Source: Thermoproteota archaeon (GTDB lineage: Archaea > Korarchaeota > Korarchaeia > Korarchaeales > Korarchaeaceae). From it: 64,000 nucleotides of DNA. The notes under the pieces were generated by a model, which made no database searches, was not told the origin of the DNA, and saw nothing but the letters and a program-made list of their open reading frames with translations. The stretch lies in contig JALWYH010000029.1 in assembly GCA_027078475.1 (NCBI GenBank), forward strand, positions 10,808 to 74,807. Direction: 5' to 3'. This document shows positions 9,681 through 18,568 of this stretch, piece by piece. The position numbers and the translations under genes are program-made. How positions within the stretch are numbered: position 1 is the first letter of the stretch; each line of letters opens with the position of its first letter.

Positions 9681-12143
9681 TCTCCTTCCCCTCACTATTT
9701 CGTCGAAGTCCATGTCCAAGGAGTCGAGTATCTGTTCGAAGGTTGTCCTCATTATCTCGAGGTACTTCTCCTTATCTATCTGGGACTTGTTCGCTAGCTC
9801 GAGGGGCATCACCCCGTCCCTCCCCCTCACCTTGACGTACCTTATGACCTGACCCGCTACAACCCTCTTTCCCATGCTCTCCAGCATTCTGGCCACCTTG
9901 ACGTGTTGGGGGGTGGTCTTCTTGTAGCTGTCCAGGTTCCTGGTGAGCATGGTCCTGAAGGCGAGGTCCTCGAGGCTGAAATCTCCCTCCTCCAGTCTTT
10001 TCACATAGGATCTTATGGTCTCGGCCACCCTCTTCTTGGCCTCCTCGAATTGCTCTGGGGTTTCCACCTCCCTGAGGATCTCTAGCACCTCGTCGAATGC
10101 CCTCTTTACGAACAAGGGTATGTTCCTCTTCTTACCCAGCAGGCCCTTAACATCTATGACCCCGTCCACCGTCACGCCCAAGTAGTTCTTCTTCAGCTTA
10201 GAGAGGACCACGTACCTGTACCACTTCTCCAGCTCCAAGTCGATGCCGAGTTTGGATTCCACGGCCTCCTCGAGCCTCTCCACCTCCTCCTTGGAGGCTC
10301 CCTTTATGAACAGGGAGTCGGTATCTCCGTAGATAACCTCCAGCCCCATCTTCCTCGCTTCCTCTATGGAGAGGAGCATTGCCTTCCTTGCCAGGGCCGT
10401 GATGGTCTCAGCAGCCGGTGGAGAGTAGAGTGGGAAGTTCTCATAGCCGAACACCCCATAGCTGGCGTTCAGAAATACCTTGAGGCTCCTCTGAACGGTG
10501 TCGAACCACCTCCTCATGTGCTCATCCTTCTCCTCCCTAGCCCTCCTCTTGTACCTCCTCACCCTAACGTCCCTCAGGGCCTGGATCAGGTAGGGCACTA
10601 TGCCCAGTCCCTTCCTGCATATCCAGTGAGGTAGCTCCTCCACCGGCCTGTTGTCCCTGCAGTCGTCATGCGGACAGTTTATCGTCTCGAAGCTTACCTT
10701 CCACCTGCCTATTATTGAGGGATAGAGGCTCGCGAAGTCCATCACCGCCACGTTGAAGTGAACTCCCGGAACAGGCTCGAGGACTATGGCCCCCATGTAT
10801 TTCTTCCCCTTTATTATCGCCTGGGAGTACGTTCTCTCTCCCCTGACGGCCTTTATCTCGTTCTGCTCCGGTATCAGCCAGTTCCTCCTCCTGTACTCGT
10901 AGAATATCATGTTCCTGATCCAGGAGGACACCCCCTGCCTGGACACCTCCTCAAGGGACATCTTGCTTATCCTAGAGAGCAGGAAGAGGAGCCGGATCAG
11001 CTCCCCGTCCCCTATGTTACCCAACTTGAAGGTCAGCTCAGCGTCCTGGAGGCAGTATTCCGCTAGCTCTCTCACGCCGACCGAGTAGAAGTCCCTCGTT
11101 CCGAGCTCTATCTTTCCCTCCCCTAGGAGGGCCTCTGCCACCTCGTCCAGCGTGTATCCTAGGTACCTGTTGTTGAACACGTAGACTTGGATGGACTTGT
11201 TGCTGAACAGCTTGTAGAGGTCCACGTGCATGCCAGTGTCCAACAGCGCCCTGTCCCTCTCCAGCCTAACCGGCCAGTCCCTGACCCCCAGCTCCCTTGC
11301 CCTCCTCGCTAGGTACGGCATGTCGAAGTTATCCCCGTTATAGGTAAAGACCAAGGGATACTGTGAGATCCTATCCAGAACCGATCTTATCAGCCTCCCC
11401 TCGTTCTCGTACTTCAGGATCCTGGCTCCACTGGGCAGCTCATCTGGAATCTCTCCTCCTCTGGCCAGGACGTGGATCTCTTTCATTCCATCGCTGTCGA
11501 CCATCGCCACTGCCGCCACGGGCTTGTCTGGCTTGGAAGGGTCGGGCATTCTGTCCATAGTGGAGAGGACCTCTATATCCACGGCAACGCTCTTCATGCG
11601 AGGAGAGGGCTCATCGAAGAGGGGAATCATGGAGGACAGTATCTCCTTGGCCTTGTCGTCCAGATGGGAGAACTCGGGCGGGACGGGGACCTCCCTCTTG
11701 GGTCTGGACACGTCTCCCGATTCGTCCACCTGATAGGAGCATCCCGGTATCAGGCCCCTGTCGTAAACGTAGCAATCATAGTACTTTATCTTGGCCTCCC
11801 ACACGTTGAATCCCCTCTTGGTCAGCTCCTCCCTCATGTTACGGGAAGAACCGCCTATGGCCAGCGGATCCTTGGCCTCCACCTTGGTCAGTTCGACCTC
11901 CCTGTCCCTGAGCACATCGAATTTCCTCACCCTAGTCACCCTGTACAGCCTAGCCGCCAGGGAGGGCGACAGCACCTCCTCTAGAGAGTCCGGCGGGGCA
12001 TTGGTCAGGAGATACGGTTTGTGACCCGTGTTATCTCTAATCAGAAAGATCTCTCCGTTGTCGGGATCATAGAACTTCATCACGGCTGACTTCTCCTCGC
12101 CCGAATAGAAGACCGAGAGGAGGATTCCCCTTCTATTTGTCAT
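9654..12143 (-). CDS. polB: Family B DNA polymerase (exo+; PolB1-like)
   Basis: Exo I VAVDIEV, Exo II YNGDNFDMPYL, motif A DFASLYPSII, motif B KVFLNASYGVFGY, motif C YGDTDSLFI. 829 aa. Confidence 0.85.
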   Translation of the reverse strand: MTNRRGILLSVFYSGEEKSAVMKFYDPDNGEIFLIRDNTGHKPYLLTNAPPDSLEEVLSPSLAARLYRVTRVRKFDVLRDREVELTKVEAKDPLAIGGSSRNMREELTKRGFNVWEAKIKYYDCYVYDRGLIPGCSYQVDESGDVSRPKREVPVPPEFSHLDDKAKEILSSMIPLFDEPSPRMKSVAVDIEVLSTMDRMPDPSKPDKPVAAVAMVDSDGMKEIHVLARGGEIPDELPSGARILKYENEGRLIRSVLDRISQYPLVFTYNGDNFDMPYLARRARELGVRDWPVRLERDRALLDTGMHVDLYKLFSNKSIQVYVFNNRYLGYTLDEVAEALLGEGKIELGTRDFYSVGVRELAEYCLQDAELTFKLGNIGDGELIRLLFLLSRISKMSLEEVSRQGVSSWIRNMIFYEYRRRNWLIPEQNEIKAVRGERTYSQAIIKGKKYMGAIVLEPVPGVHFNVAVMDFASLYPSIIGRWKVSFETINCPHDDCRDNRPVEELPHWICRKGLGIVPYLIQALRDVRVRRYKRRAREEKDEHMRRWFDTVQRSLKVFLNASYGVFGYENFPLYSPPAAETITALARKAMLLSIEEARKMGLEVIYGDTDSLFIKGASKEEVERLEEAVESKLGIDLELEKWYRYVVLSKLKKNYLGVTVDGVIDVKGLLGKKRNIPLFVKRAFDEVLEILREVETPEQFEEAKKRVAETIRSYVKRLEEGDFSLEDLAFRTMLTRNLDSYKKTTPQHVKVARMLESMGKRVVAGQVIRYVKVRGRDGVMPLELANKSQIDKEKYLEIMRTTFEQILDSLDMDFDEIVRGRRSTSLEEFF

Positions 12144-12165
12144 ACCAAGGGAGGGGCCGGGACCT

Positions 12166-12179
12166 TCATTTAAATAAAG
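12166..12179. promoter_or_regulatory. Shared bidirectional TATA element (catTTAAATAAAgg) between divergent polB (start 12143, -) and the glycoprotein gene (start 12204, +)
   Basis: Near-palindromic A/T box ~25-32 nt from both start codons; implies leaderless transcripts. Confidence 0.45.
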
Positions 12180-12203
12180 GGTACCGTAACGGTTTGACGA
12201 AAG

Positions 12204-13193
12204 GTGTCCAGCATGAGAAAGGCTCCTGCGATTCTACTGGCCTTGGTTCTCTTGATCAGCATCGTGCTTCTCCCCGTGCGAGCCACGAGGCCCATGCCTC
12301 AAGTAACGATAGTCATTCACGATGATCTGTCGGCCACCATGAAGGCCCGAGTCTTCAGGGTGATCCACGCCCCAGAGACCAGGTACTTCACGAACGTCCT
12401 GAAGGCCCCCATCTTGGACTGGATAAATTACAGGGGTAATGTGACCATAAACATGACGCAGGCCGGTCCCAGAGGGGTCTACACGATGATAGCCGTTCCC
12501 AGACCCGGTGATCCCACAGTGAGGGGGGACTTCTTCCCCAAAGCCGAGGCCGCCGGGTTATTCGATAACACGACAGTCCACACAATGATGAGCTTCTTCT
12601 ACGGTAGCGGGTTCCTACTTCTCTACGGGATAAGGTGGAACTTCATCAACGTGACGTATGCCGCCACTCCCCGCATCAACTATACCGGGGTAGTCTCCAT
12701 AGCATCGGTGACCGCCAAGAGCGATAAGATCAAGTCGCTCCATCTGTCCTACAGGACGGAGGTGCAGACCGTAACCCGTGCCATCATAGTCAACTATAAT
12801 CTGACGTTGGAGAGCCTTCCTCTCGAGCTGAGGAGAAGCCCCAGTGGCTACTACTACATAGACCTGACCCCACTGACCTCCGCCCTTCCGGATGACATAG
12901 CAGCCAATCTCTGGGTGAACTTCACCAGCCTCAAGATCTCGGTGCTAGGAGGGAACCCCGCCCCCAAGGTGATAATATGGAACGATGCCTTGTGGGAGTT
13001 TGTGCCTCAGCTGCAGGAGAACGGGAAGTCGCTGGTGGTGATAGTGCAAAGGGCGGAGCCGTTCATACCCCCCCAGCTCATTCTGCTAGCAGTCGTGCCA
13101 CCCATAATAGTGGGCGCCTACCTCTTCTGGAGGTTCAAGATGGAGAGCTCTCGAAGGACCGGGGGGAAGAAGGGGAAGGAAGGTAGCTCCTGA
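12204..13193 (+). CDS. Secreted / membrane-anchored glycoprotein, hypothetical
   Basis: N-terminal signal peptide MSSMRKAPAILLALVLLISIVLL. Many N-x-S/T sequons. C-terminal TM plus basic tail. Confidence 0.5.
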   Translation: MSSMRKAPAILLALVLLISIVLLPVRATRPMPQVTIVIHDDLSATMKARVFRVIHAPETRYFTNVLKAPILDWINYRGNVTINMTQAGPRGVYTMIAVPRPGDPTVRGDFFPKAEAAGLFDNTTVHTMMSFFYGSGFLLLYGIRWNFINVTYAATPRINYTGVVSIASVTAKSDKIKSLHLSYRTEVQTVTRAIIVNYNLTLESLPLELRRSPSGYYYIDLTPLTSALPDDIAANLWVNFTSLKISVLGGNPAPKVIIWNDALWEFVPQLQENGKSLVVIVQRAEPFIPPQLILLAVVPPIIVGAYLFWRFKMESSRRTGGKKGKEGSS

Positions 13194-13875
13194 GGATTTT
13201 AACCGCCAGAGGGAGGCTGTACCCGTAGCCCGGGCCTCCCACCACCACATCCGCGCCCTCCCTCACCTCTTTCGGGGAGTTAGGCAGGGCTATAGAGAGG
13301 CCAGCGACTGAGAACATGTCTAGATCGTTGTAGGAATCTCCTATGGCGGCCACGTTCCTGGGGTCCACCCCCAGCTCACCGCACAGGGACAGGAGACCCT
13401 TTCCCTTGTTGACACCCTTAGGCATCACGTGCAGGGCGTAGCCACTCGTGGTCACGTCAACTTCCAATCCCCTCTTCAGCAGATCCCTCAAGAATCTCTC
13501 CTGCAGATGGTCGTCCAGTCTCAGGGCCACGTCGACGTACCTGAATTCCGAGTCCTCCGAGAGATAGCCAGAGTATCCGATCTCCTCTATGAACCTCCTC
13601 ACCTCCCGCATGACTTCATTGTCTCCCATAAGCCTTTTCTCATCGCCGAGGTAAATGACCGCGCCGTTCTCTGCTACCCCCATGGGAACTCGACTGAGCC
13701 CGAGATACGAGGAGAGAGCATAAGCTATCGGGTAGGGATTCCCTGTCACCAAGGCTATAGGCACCCTCTTCCCAAGAGATCTGAGCGCCCTCACCGCTCC
13801 TAGATGGAGATGGGGCTCCTCATGCGTTATTGTACCATCGACATCGACTGCTACGAGATCCAGCCTCTCAAGCAT
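13135..13875 (-). CDS. HAD-superfamily IIB hydrolase, phosphoglycolate-phosphatase-like
   Basis: DVDGTIT motif I; GDSYNDLDMF motif IV; ~230-aa core. The low-complexity C-tail overlaps the convergent gene. Confidence 0.65.
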   Translation of the reverse strand: MLERLDLVAVDVDGTITHEEPHLHLGAVRALRSLGKRVPIALVTGNPYPIAYALSSYLGLSRVPMGVAENGAVIYLGDEKRLMGDNEVMREVRRFIEEIGYSGYLSEDSEFRYVDVALRLDDHLQERFLRDLLKRGLEVDVTTSGYALHVMPKGVNKGKGLLSLCGELGVDPRNVAAIGDSYNDLDMFSVAGLSIALPNSPKEVREGADVVVGGPGYGYSLPLAVKILRSYLPSPSSPRSFESSPS

Positions 13876-13923
13876 TTTTATAAACGCCCCCGATCTAAGC
13901 CAACCGAAGGGAGGTAAAGAAGG

Positions 13924-14394
13924 TTGCCATCGTGGGGATATTCTTACAGTGCCGAGGGCGAGCGAGAGGCAATGGCTTCAGGGAGAGATCTAAGGGTGTC
14001 GTTCAAGGAAACGGTGGAACTCTTGAGGGCTATAAGGGGCAAGAAACTATCGGAGGCCTATCGGATACTCGATGATGTGATAACCCTCAAGAGGGCCGTT
14101 CCTTTCAGGAGGTTCAAGAGGGGAGTCCCTCACAGGAGGGAGCTGAGCGGGTGGAAGGCTGGCAGGTATCCCGTCAAGGCGGCTAAGCTTGTGAAGAAGA
14201 TCCTCAAGAGCGCCGAGCACAATGCTACAAACAAGGATCTCGACCCAGACAACCTATACGTGAAGCATGCAGCTGCTCAGACGGGAACGAAGCTCAAGAG
14301 GATATTCCCGAGGGCTTATGGGAGATCCACTCCCCGGATAGAGCAGCTGGTCCACGTCGAGATAGTGTTGGAGGAGAGGGAGGAGGAAGAATGA
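13924..14394 (+). CDS. rpl22: Ribosomal protein uL22
   Basis: MPSWGYSYS...GRDLRVSFKE matches the archaeal L22 N-terminus. TATA-like ttttataaa at 13877-13885. Confidence 0.8.
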   Translation: MPSWGYSYSAEGEREAMASGRDLRVSFKETVELLRAIRGKKLSEAYRILDDVITLKRAVPFRRFKRGVPHRRELSGWKAGRYPVKAAKLVKKILKSAEHNATNKDLDPDNLYVKHAAAQTGTKLKRIFPRAYGRSTPRIEQLVHVEIVLEEREEEE

Positions 14395-15254
14395 GCATGA
14401 CCAAGACCCTACCCAACTATAAGAAGTTCGTTCAGGAGGGAATCATTCGATACTCCTTGCATGAACTGATGGAGAGAGTTGCTGAGAAGGCGGGGTTCCA
14501 CAGCGTCGATATTTCGTCGACGCCAGTCAGGGATATAATCACCGTGTACGTGGAGCGACCGGGAATCATCATAGGAAGAGGTGGGAGAGCTTCCAAGAGG
14601 ATAGGGGAGATGGTCAAGGAGGCTCTAGGGATATCCAACCCCTATATACAGGCTAAGAAGGTCGACGAGCCGTTCCTCAGCGCTAGAATAGTGGCGGGGT
14701 ACATAGCTAGGAGGATAGCTAGGGGTGAGAGGCACAAGAGAGTGGCCTTCTCCGCCCTGAGAAGGGTCATGATGGCGGGGGCCAAAGGTGTTGAGATAAA
14801 GCTGGCCGGCAAGTTCGGAAGCCAGAGAGCCAGGGAGGAGAGATTCAGAGCGGGTGTAATATACAGATGCGGTCAGGATCAGGTAGAGAAGGTTGACTAT
14901 GCAGTGAAGCACGTGCTCATGCCTCAGGGGGTCATAGGAGTTAGGGTGAGGATCGTTAGGCCCGATGTTGAGAGCCCTGACGCCGTCAAGGTCAAGGAGG
15001 ATGTGATAGAGGAATTAAGGCAGAGAATGAGGTCGGAGAGGGAGGAGCTCTCGTCGAGTGGGGTGGAGATAGAGGTTCCAGAGGAGCTAGCAGAGGCGCT
15101 AGGCCCGGCTGAAGAGACCGGTGAGGCGGTTGAGGGAGTAGAGGTCGCAGAGGTTGAAACTACCCCGGACCAGGCAGGTCCAGAGGAGGGAGACGGGGAG
15201 GCAGACGAGTCATCGGGGACTGGTGATGCCAGCGAATCGGCAGAGGTGGGGTGA
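14391..15254 (+). CDS. rps3: Ribosomal protein uS3 with an acidic C-terminal extension
   Basis: KH domain (GIIIGRGG), S3 core, ATGA overlap with rpl22. ~60-aa Glu/Asp/Ala-rich tail. Confidence 0.85.
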   Translation: MSMTKTLPNYKKFVQEGIIRYSLHELMERVAEKAGFHSVDISSTPVRDIITVYVERPGIIIGRGGRASKRIGEMVKEALGISNPYIQAKKVDEPFLSARIVAGYIARRIARGERHKRVAFSALRRVMMAGAKGVEIKLAGKFGSQRAREERFRAGVIYRCGQDQVEKVDYAVKHVLMPQGVIGVRVRIVRPDVESPDAVKVKEDVIEELRQRMRSEREELSSSGVEIEVPEELAEALGPAEETGEAVEGVEVAEVETTPDQAGPEEGDGEADESSGTGDASESAEVG

Positions 15255-15260
15255 GAGGAG

Positions 15261-15464
15261 ATGCCGAGCAGGAAAGTTGAGGAGCTCAGGGGAATGACTA
15301 ACGAGGAGCTGATAGAGCGTCTCAGAGAGGTTGAGAGGGAGTTCTTCCTGCTGGAGGCCAAAAGGTTGATGGGTGCGGCCGAGAAGGTTCACCTGAACAG
15401 GGAGTTGAGGAGGGAGAAAGCAAGGATCCTGACCATACTTAGGGAAAGGGGTATCAAGATATAG
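15261..15464 (+). CDS. rpl29: Ribosomal protein uL29
   Basis: MPSRKVEELRGMTNEELIERLREVEREFFLLEAKR is a classic L29. Confidence 0.8.
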   Translation: MPSRKVEELRGMTNEELIERLREVEREFFLLEAKRLMGAAEKVHLNRELRREKARILTILRERGIKI

Positions 15465-15514
15465 CTCCCATAAGGCCCTCCAACCTCCTCCACCACGAGC
15501 TGATAGGGCTGGAG

Positions 15515-15733
15515 GTGAGAGTATTGTCGTCACCCAATATTTCTGAGATGGATATCAAGGGCAGGGTTATTTACGAGACCAAGAACATGCTCACCATCAG
15601 GACGGGGCGCGGCGATATCAGGGTGCCCAAGGTAGGGAGGTTGTTTTTATTTAGGTTGCCCAGTGGTAAACGAGTCATCGTCTTGGGTGACAAGATAGTT
15701 GGAAGGCCTGAGGAAAGGGTGAAGAGAATATGA
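15515..15733 (+). CDS. rnp1: RNase P protein component 1 (Rpp29/Pop4). The true N-terminus probably lies upstream of the first canonical start (see findings).
   Basis: Matches Pyrococcus Rpp29 (HELIGLKVRVV...YVIDETRNMLVI...GRPEMRLKK). Canonical position between rpl29 and rps17. The conserved HELIGLE block is in frame upstream of GTG 15515. Confidence 0.65.
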   Translation: MRVLSSPNISEMDIKGRVIYETKNMLTIRTGRGDIRVPKVGRLFLFRLPSGKRVIVLGDKIVGRPEERVKRI

Positions 15734-16062
15734 GGAAGCTCTCAGAGGCCTTGATTGGTGATGTGATCCCTCCGGAGAGGGAGTGTTCCGATGACAAGTG
15801 CCCATGGCATGGCAGCATAGCCATCAGGGGCAAGACGCTCGTAGGAAGGGTGATTAGCACTAAGATGACCGGTACGGCCACCGTACTTGTGGAGTACCTC
15901 CACTACAGGCCGAAGTACAAGAGGTATGAGAGAAGGAGGAGCAAGATACATGCACATCTTCCTCCCTGCGTTGATGTCAAGGAAGGGGACGTTGTGAAGA
16001 TAGCCGAAACGAGGAGGCTGGCCAAGACGGTCAGCCACGTGGTGCTGGGGAGGCTCAGGTAG
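15730..16062 (+). CDS. rps17: Ribosomal protein uS17
   Basis: CSDDKCPWHGSIAIRGKTLVGRVIS...KRYERRRSKIHAH is S17. ATGA overlap with rnp1. Confidence 0.85.
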   Translation: MRKLSEALIGDVIPPERECSDDKCPWHGSIAIRGKTLVGRVISTKMTGTATVLVEYLHYRPKYKRYERRRSKIHAHLPPCVDVKEGDVVKIAETRRLAKTVSHVVLGRLR

Positions 16063-17152
16063 ACCTCCTCCATCCGTACTTACTTTCATCGTAGAAGGGC
16101 ATCTTGGAGACCATTACTTTGAACTTCTTCATCCCCTCTATGGTCAGTTCCTCCCCCACCTTGGCCAGATCGGGCCGCACATATCCCATTCCTATCCCCC
16201 TACCTAGGATGGGGCTGAAAGTGCCGCTAGTCACCGACCCCACCTCCTTCCCATCCCTGAGTATCCTGTCCCCCCTCCTCGGTGAGTTCCTAGTCTCGCT
16301 GAGCAGGCCGACTCTCAGCCTCTTGATTCCTTCCTCCCTGATCCTGACCAGCGCATCTCTTCCTATGAAATCCTCTTTCTCCAGCTTAATCGCGAAGTCC
16401 AAGCGAGCCTCGAACGGATTCGTATTCTCATCTATATCATTGCCGTAAAGAACCAAGCCCGCCTCCAGCCTCAGTATGTCCCGGGCAACCAGCCCACAGG
16501 GAGAGGCGCCGGCCTCCACAAGTCTGCGAAAGAGGGATTCTGCCCAGTGCAAGTCCCAGGTTACGATCTCGTACCCGTCCTCACCCGTATATCCCGTTCT
16601 GCTGATCACGAACCTCGCGCCCTCGTGAACGTGCTCCTGAACACTGAACTTTCTCAGGTTGAGGGTCATTCCAAGAACGCCATGAACCAGATCCCTAGCC
16701 TTGGGCCCCTGGATAGCCATCATCGCCGTTTTGAAGGTCTCGTCACTCAGCTGTACATCCATCTCCCATTGGGATAGGAGCTTCTGGAACCAATTCCATA
16801 TCTTCTCCCTATTGGCCGCGTTGACAACGAAGATGATGAAGTCATCAGCTAGCTTGAAGGCAACATTATCGTCCCTTATCCCTCCCGCATGATTCAACGT
16901 CAGGGTGTACCTGCTCCTGCCATTAGAGACATTCATATCATTCGATGTGGCCCGCTGAAGGAAGTCAACCGCATCCCCCCCTCTCAGAATGAAGCGGCCC
17001 ATGTGTGATACGTCGAATATCCCCACCGAGTTCCTAACCGCGAGACTCTCCCTGAGCGAGCTCGTGTATTTCATGGGCATTTCCCATCCGGCGAATTCGA
17101 AGAACTTGGCGCCTAATTCCCTGTGGAGACCATCGAGTGGAAGTCTGAGCAC
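16055..17152 (-). CDS. gcvT: Aminomethyltransferase (glycine cleavage system T protein)
   Basis: GcvT family throughout (GIFDVSHMGRF, YTGEDGYEI). Convergent with rps17, overlapping it by 8 nt. Confidence 0.8.
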   Translation of the reverse strand: MLRLPLDGLHRELGAKFFEFAGWEMPMKYTSSLRESLAVRNSVGIFDVSHMGRFILRGGDAVDFLQRATSNDMNVSNGRSRYTLTLNHAGGIRDDNVAFKLADDFIIFVVNAANREKIWNWFQKLLSQWEMDVQLSDETFKTAMMAIQGPKARDLVHGVLGMTLNLRKFSVQEHVHEGARFVISRTGYTGEDGYEIVTWDLHWAESLFRRLVEAGASPCGLVARDILRLEAGLVLYGNDIDENTNPFEARLDFAIKLEKEDFIGRDALVRIREEGIKRLRVGLLSETRNSPRRGDRILRDGKEVGSVTSGTFSPILGRGIGMGYVRPDLAKVGEELTIEGMKKFKVMVSKMPFYDESKYGWRRST

Positions 17153-17224
17153 TAGATCCCACCGCTGAGAGTGCTCTACGAAAGGTTATTACATTTTCCC
17201 GCTTCCGGGGTATCAGGGTTAAAT

Positions 17225-18562
17225 ATGGCAGAGGAACCCGCGGTTAAGGCCGTGGAGGAGATCGCCTCCCAGCTGGGCGAGAAGCAGGTGCTTCTGGAGG
17301 ATCTCGACAGATCGGCCTACTCATATGACGCATCTGGGATTCAGGCCATCCCATCGGCTGTCGTCAGACCGTCTGACATTGAGGATGTTGCTTTCATAGT
17401 TGAGACGGCCAACAAATATAGCGTTCCTGTGGTTCCTAGAGGATCTGGCACATCGCTCGTAGGTGGACCTCTCCCCATTGAGGGAGGCATAGTCATCGAC
17501 ATGCAGATGATGGATAGAGTGATAGATAAAGATGAGTACAGCGGACTGATAAGGGTCGAGGCAGGGGTCAAGGTACTCGATCTAAACAAGGAGTTACCCG
17601 ACAGATTTATGCCGATAAACCCGGATGGAGCTGGATTCTCGACAGTAGGTGGGCTGGTGGCCGAGGATGCCGCCTCCCCCCTGTCGGCAAAATACGGGAC
17701 GATGAAAGACCTAGTGATAGGGCTGGAGACCATCCTCCCTACAGGGGAGAGCTTGATGATAGAGCAGCCTGGACCCCCAAGTAAGTGGAACACCCTTGGA
17801 CTGCTCGCAGGGTCGGAGGGAACACTTGGTATAATAACATCCGCTTACTTGAGGCTGCCCATGAAGCCTGAGGGAAGGAGAGCCTTGAGGATCGAGTTCG
17901 CCGATGTGTCCGATTCCATAACCGTCCAGACCATTGTGGAAAGGGAGAGAATGGATATAGTGGGCTTCGAAGTCTATCACAACTATAAAGAGGTCCTAGA
18001 GGAGGGGGGGACTGAGGCCATCTCCTACTTGGAGATGGCTGGAAGGGAGGAATGCGTGGACCTGTGGAGCGCCAGGTTGGGAGGGGCATTGGACAGTATG
18101 GATATACCTTACGAGGAGGTGGACGCCAGTAAAACTGATGATCTCTGGATAGAGAGGAGGAATCTCTACGAGGTTGCGAAGAAAAGGGAGTCGGCCATAA
18201 AGGTGGTGAGCATGAGAGTTCATCCTCATCTGGTTAGGGATGCGATACAGGAGATAGACAGAACCGGCTCCAGGATGAAGCTGCCAGTCGTCACTGTATT
18301 CGACCCTCCACTTGGATGGGTAATGGCAGTTTTCCTCTACGATCCCACCAGTGAGAAGGAGGTTGAGAGGACTGAGAAAGCTGCTCAGAATATCATAGGC
18401 AGGACCATCTCACTAGGAGGATCCGTGGGCTTTGGAACTGGGGTAGGGATCAACAGGATAACACGAGACATGGATGAGGGTTTCGTTAGCGTGCTTTCTA
18501 GGGTGAAGGAGGCACTGGATCCCAACTGGATAATGAACCCGGGGAAGCTCATTGAGAGGTGA
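17225..18562 (+). CDS. FAD-linked oxidase, GlcD / D-lactate-dehydrogenase-like
   Basis: PCMH FAD-binding domain (VVPRGSGTSLVGG) and a C-terminal FAD-oxidase domain. Start taken at ATG 17225 (MAEEPAVKAV). Confidence 0.7.
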   Translation: MAEEPAVKAVEEIASQLGEKQVLLEDLDRSAYSYDASGIQAIPSAVVRPSDIEDVAFIVETANKYSVPVVPRGSGTSLVGGPLPIEGGIVIDMQMMDRVIDKDEYSGLIRVEAGVKVLDLNKELPDRFMPINPDGAGFSTVGGLVAEDAASPLSAKYGTMKDLVIGLETILPTGESLMIEQPGPPSKWNTLGLLAGSEGTLGIITSAYLRLPMKPEGRRALRIEFADVSDSITVQTIVERERMDIVGFEVYHNYKEVLEEGGTEAISYLEMAGREECVDLWSARLGGALDSMDIPYEEVDASKTDDLWIERRNLYEVAKKRESAIKVVSMRVHPHLVRDAIQEIDRTGSRMKLPVVTVFDPPLGWVMAVFLYDPTSEKEVERTEKAAQNIIGRTISLGGSVGFGTGVGINRITRDMDEGFVSVLSRVKEALDPNWIMNPGKLIER

Positions 18563-18568
18563 ACTCCC

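Noticed and set aside
11472-11984. 170-aa plus-strand ORF inside polB
   Set aside because: Antisense to a conserved polymerase region; no motifs.
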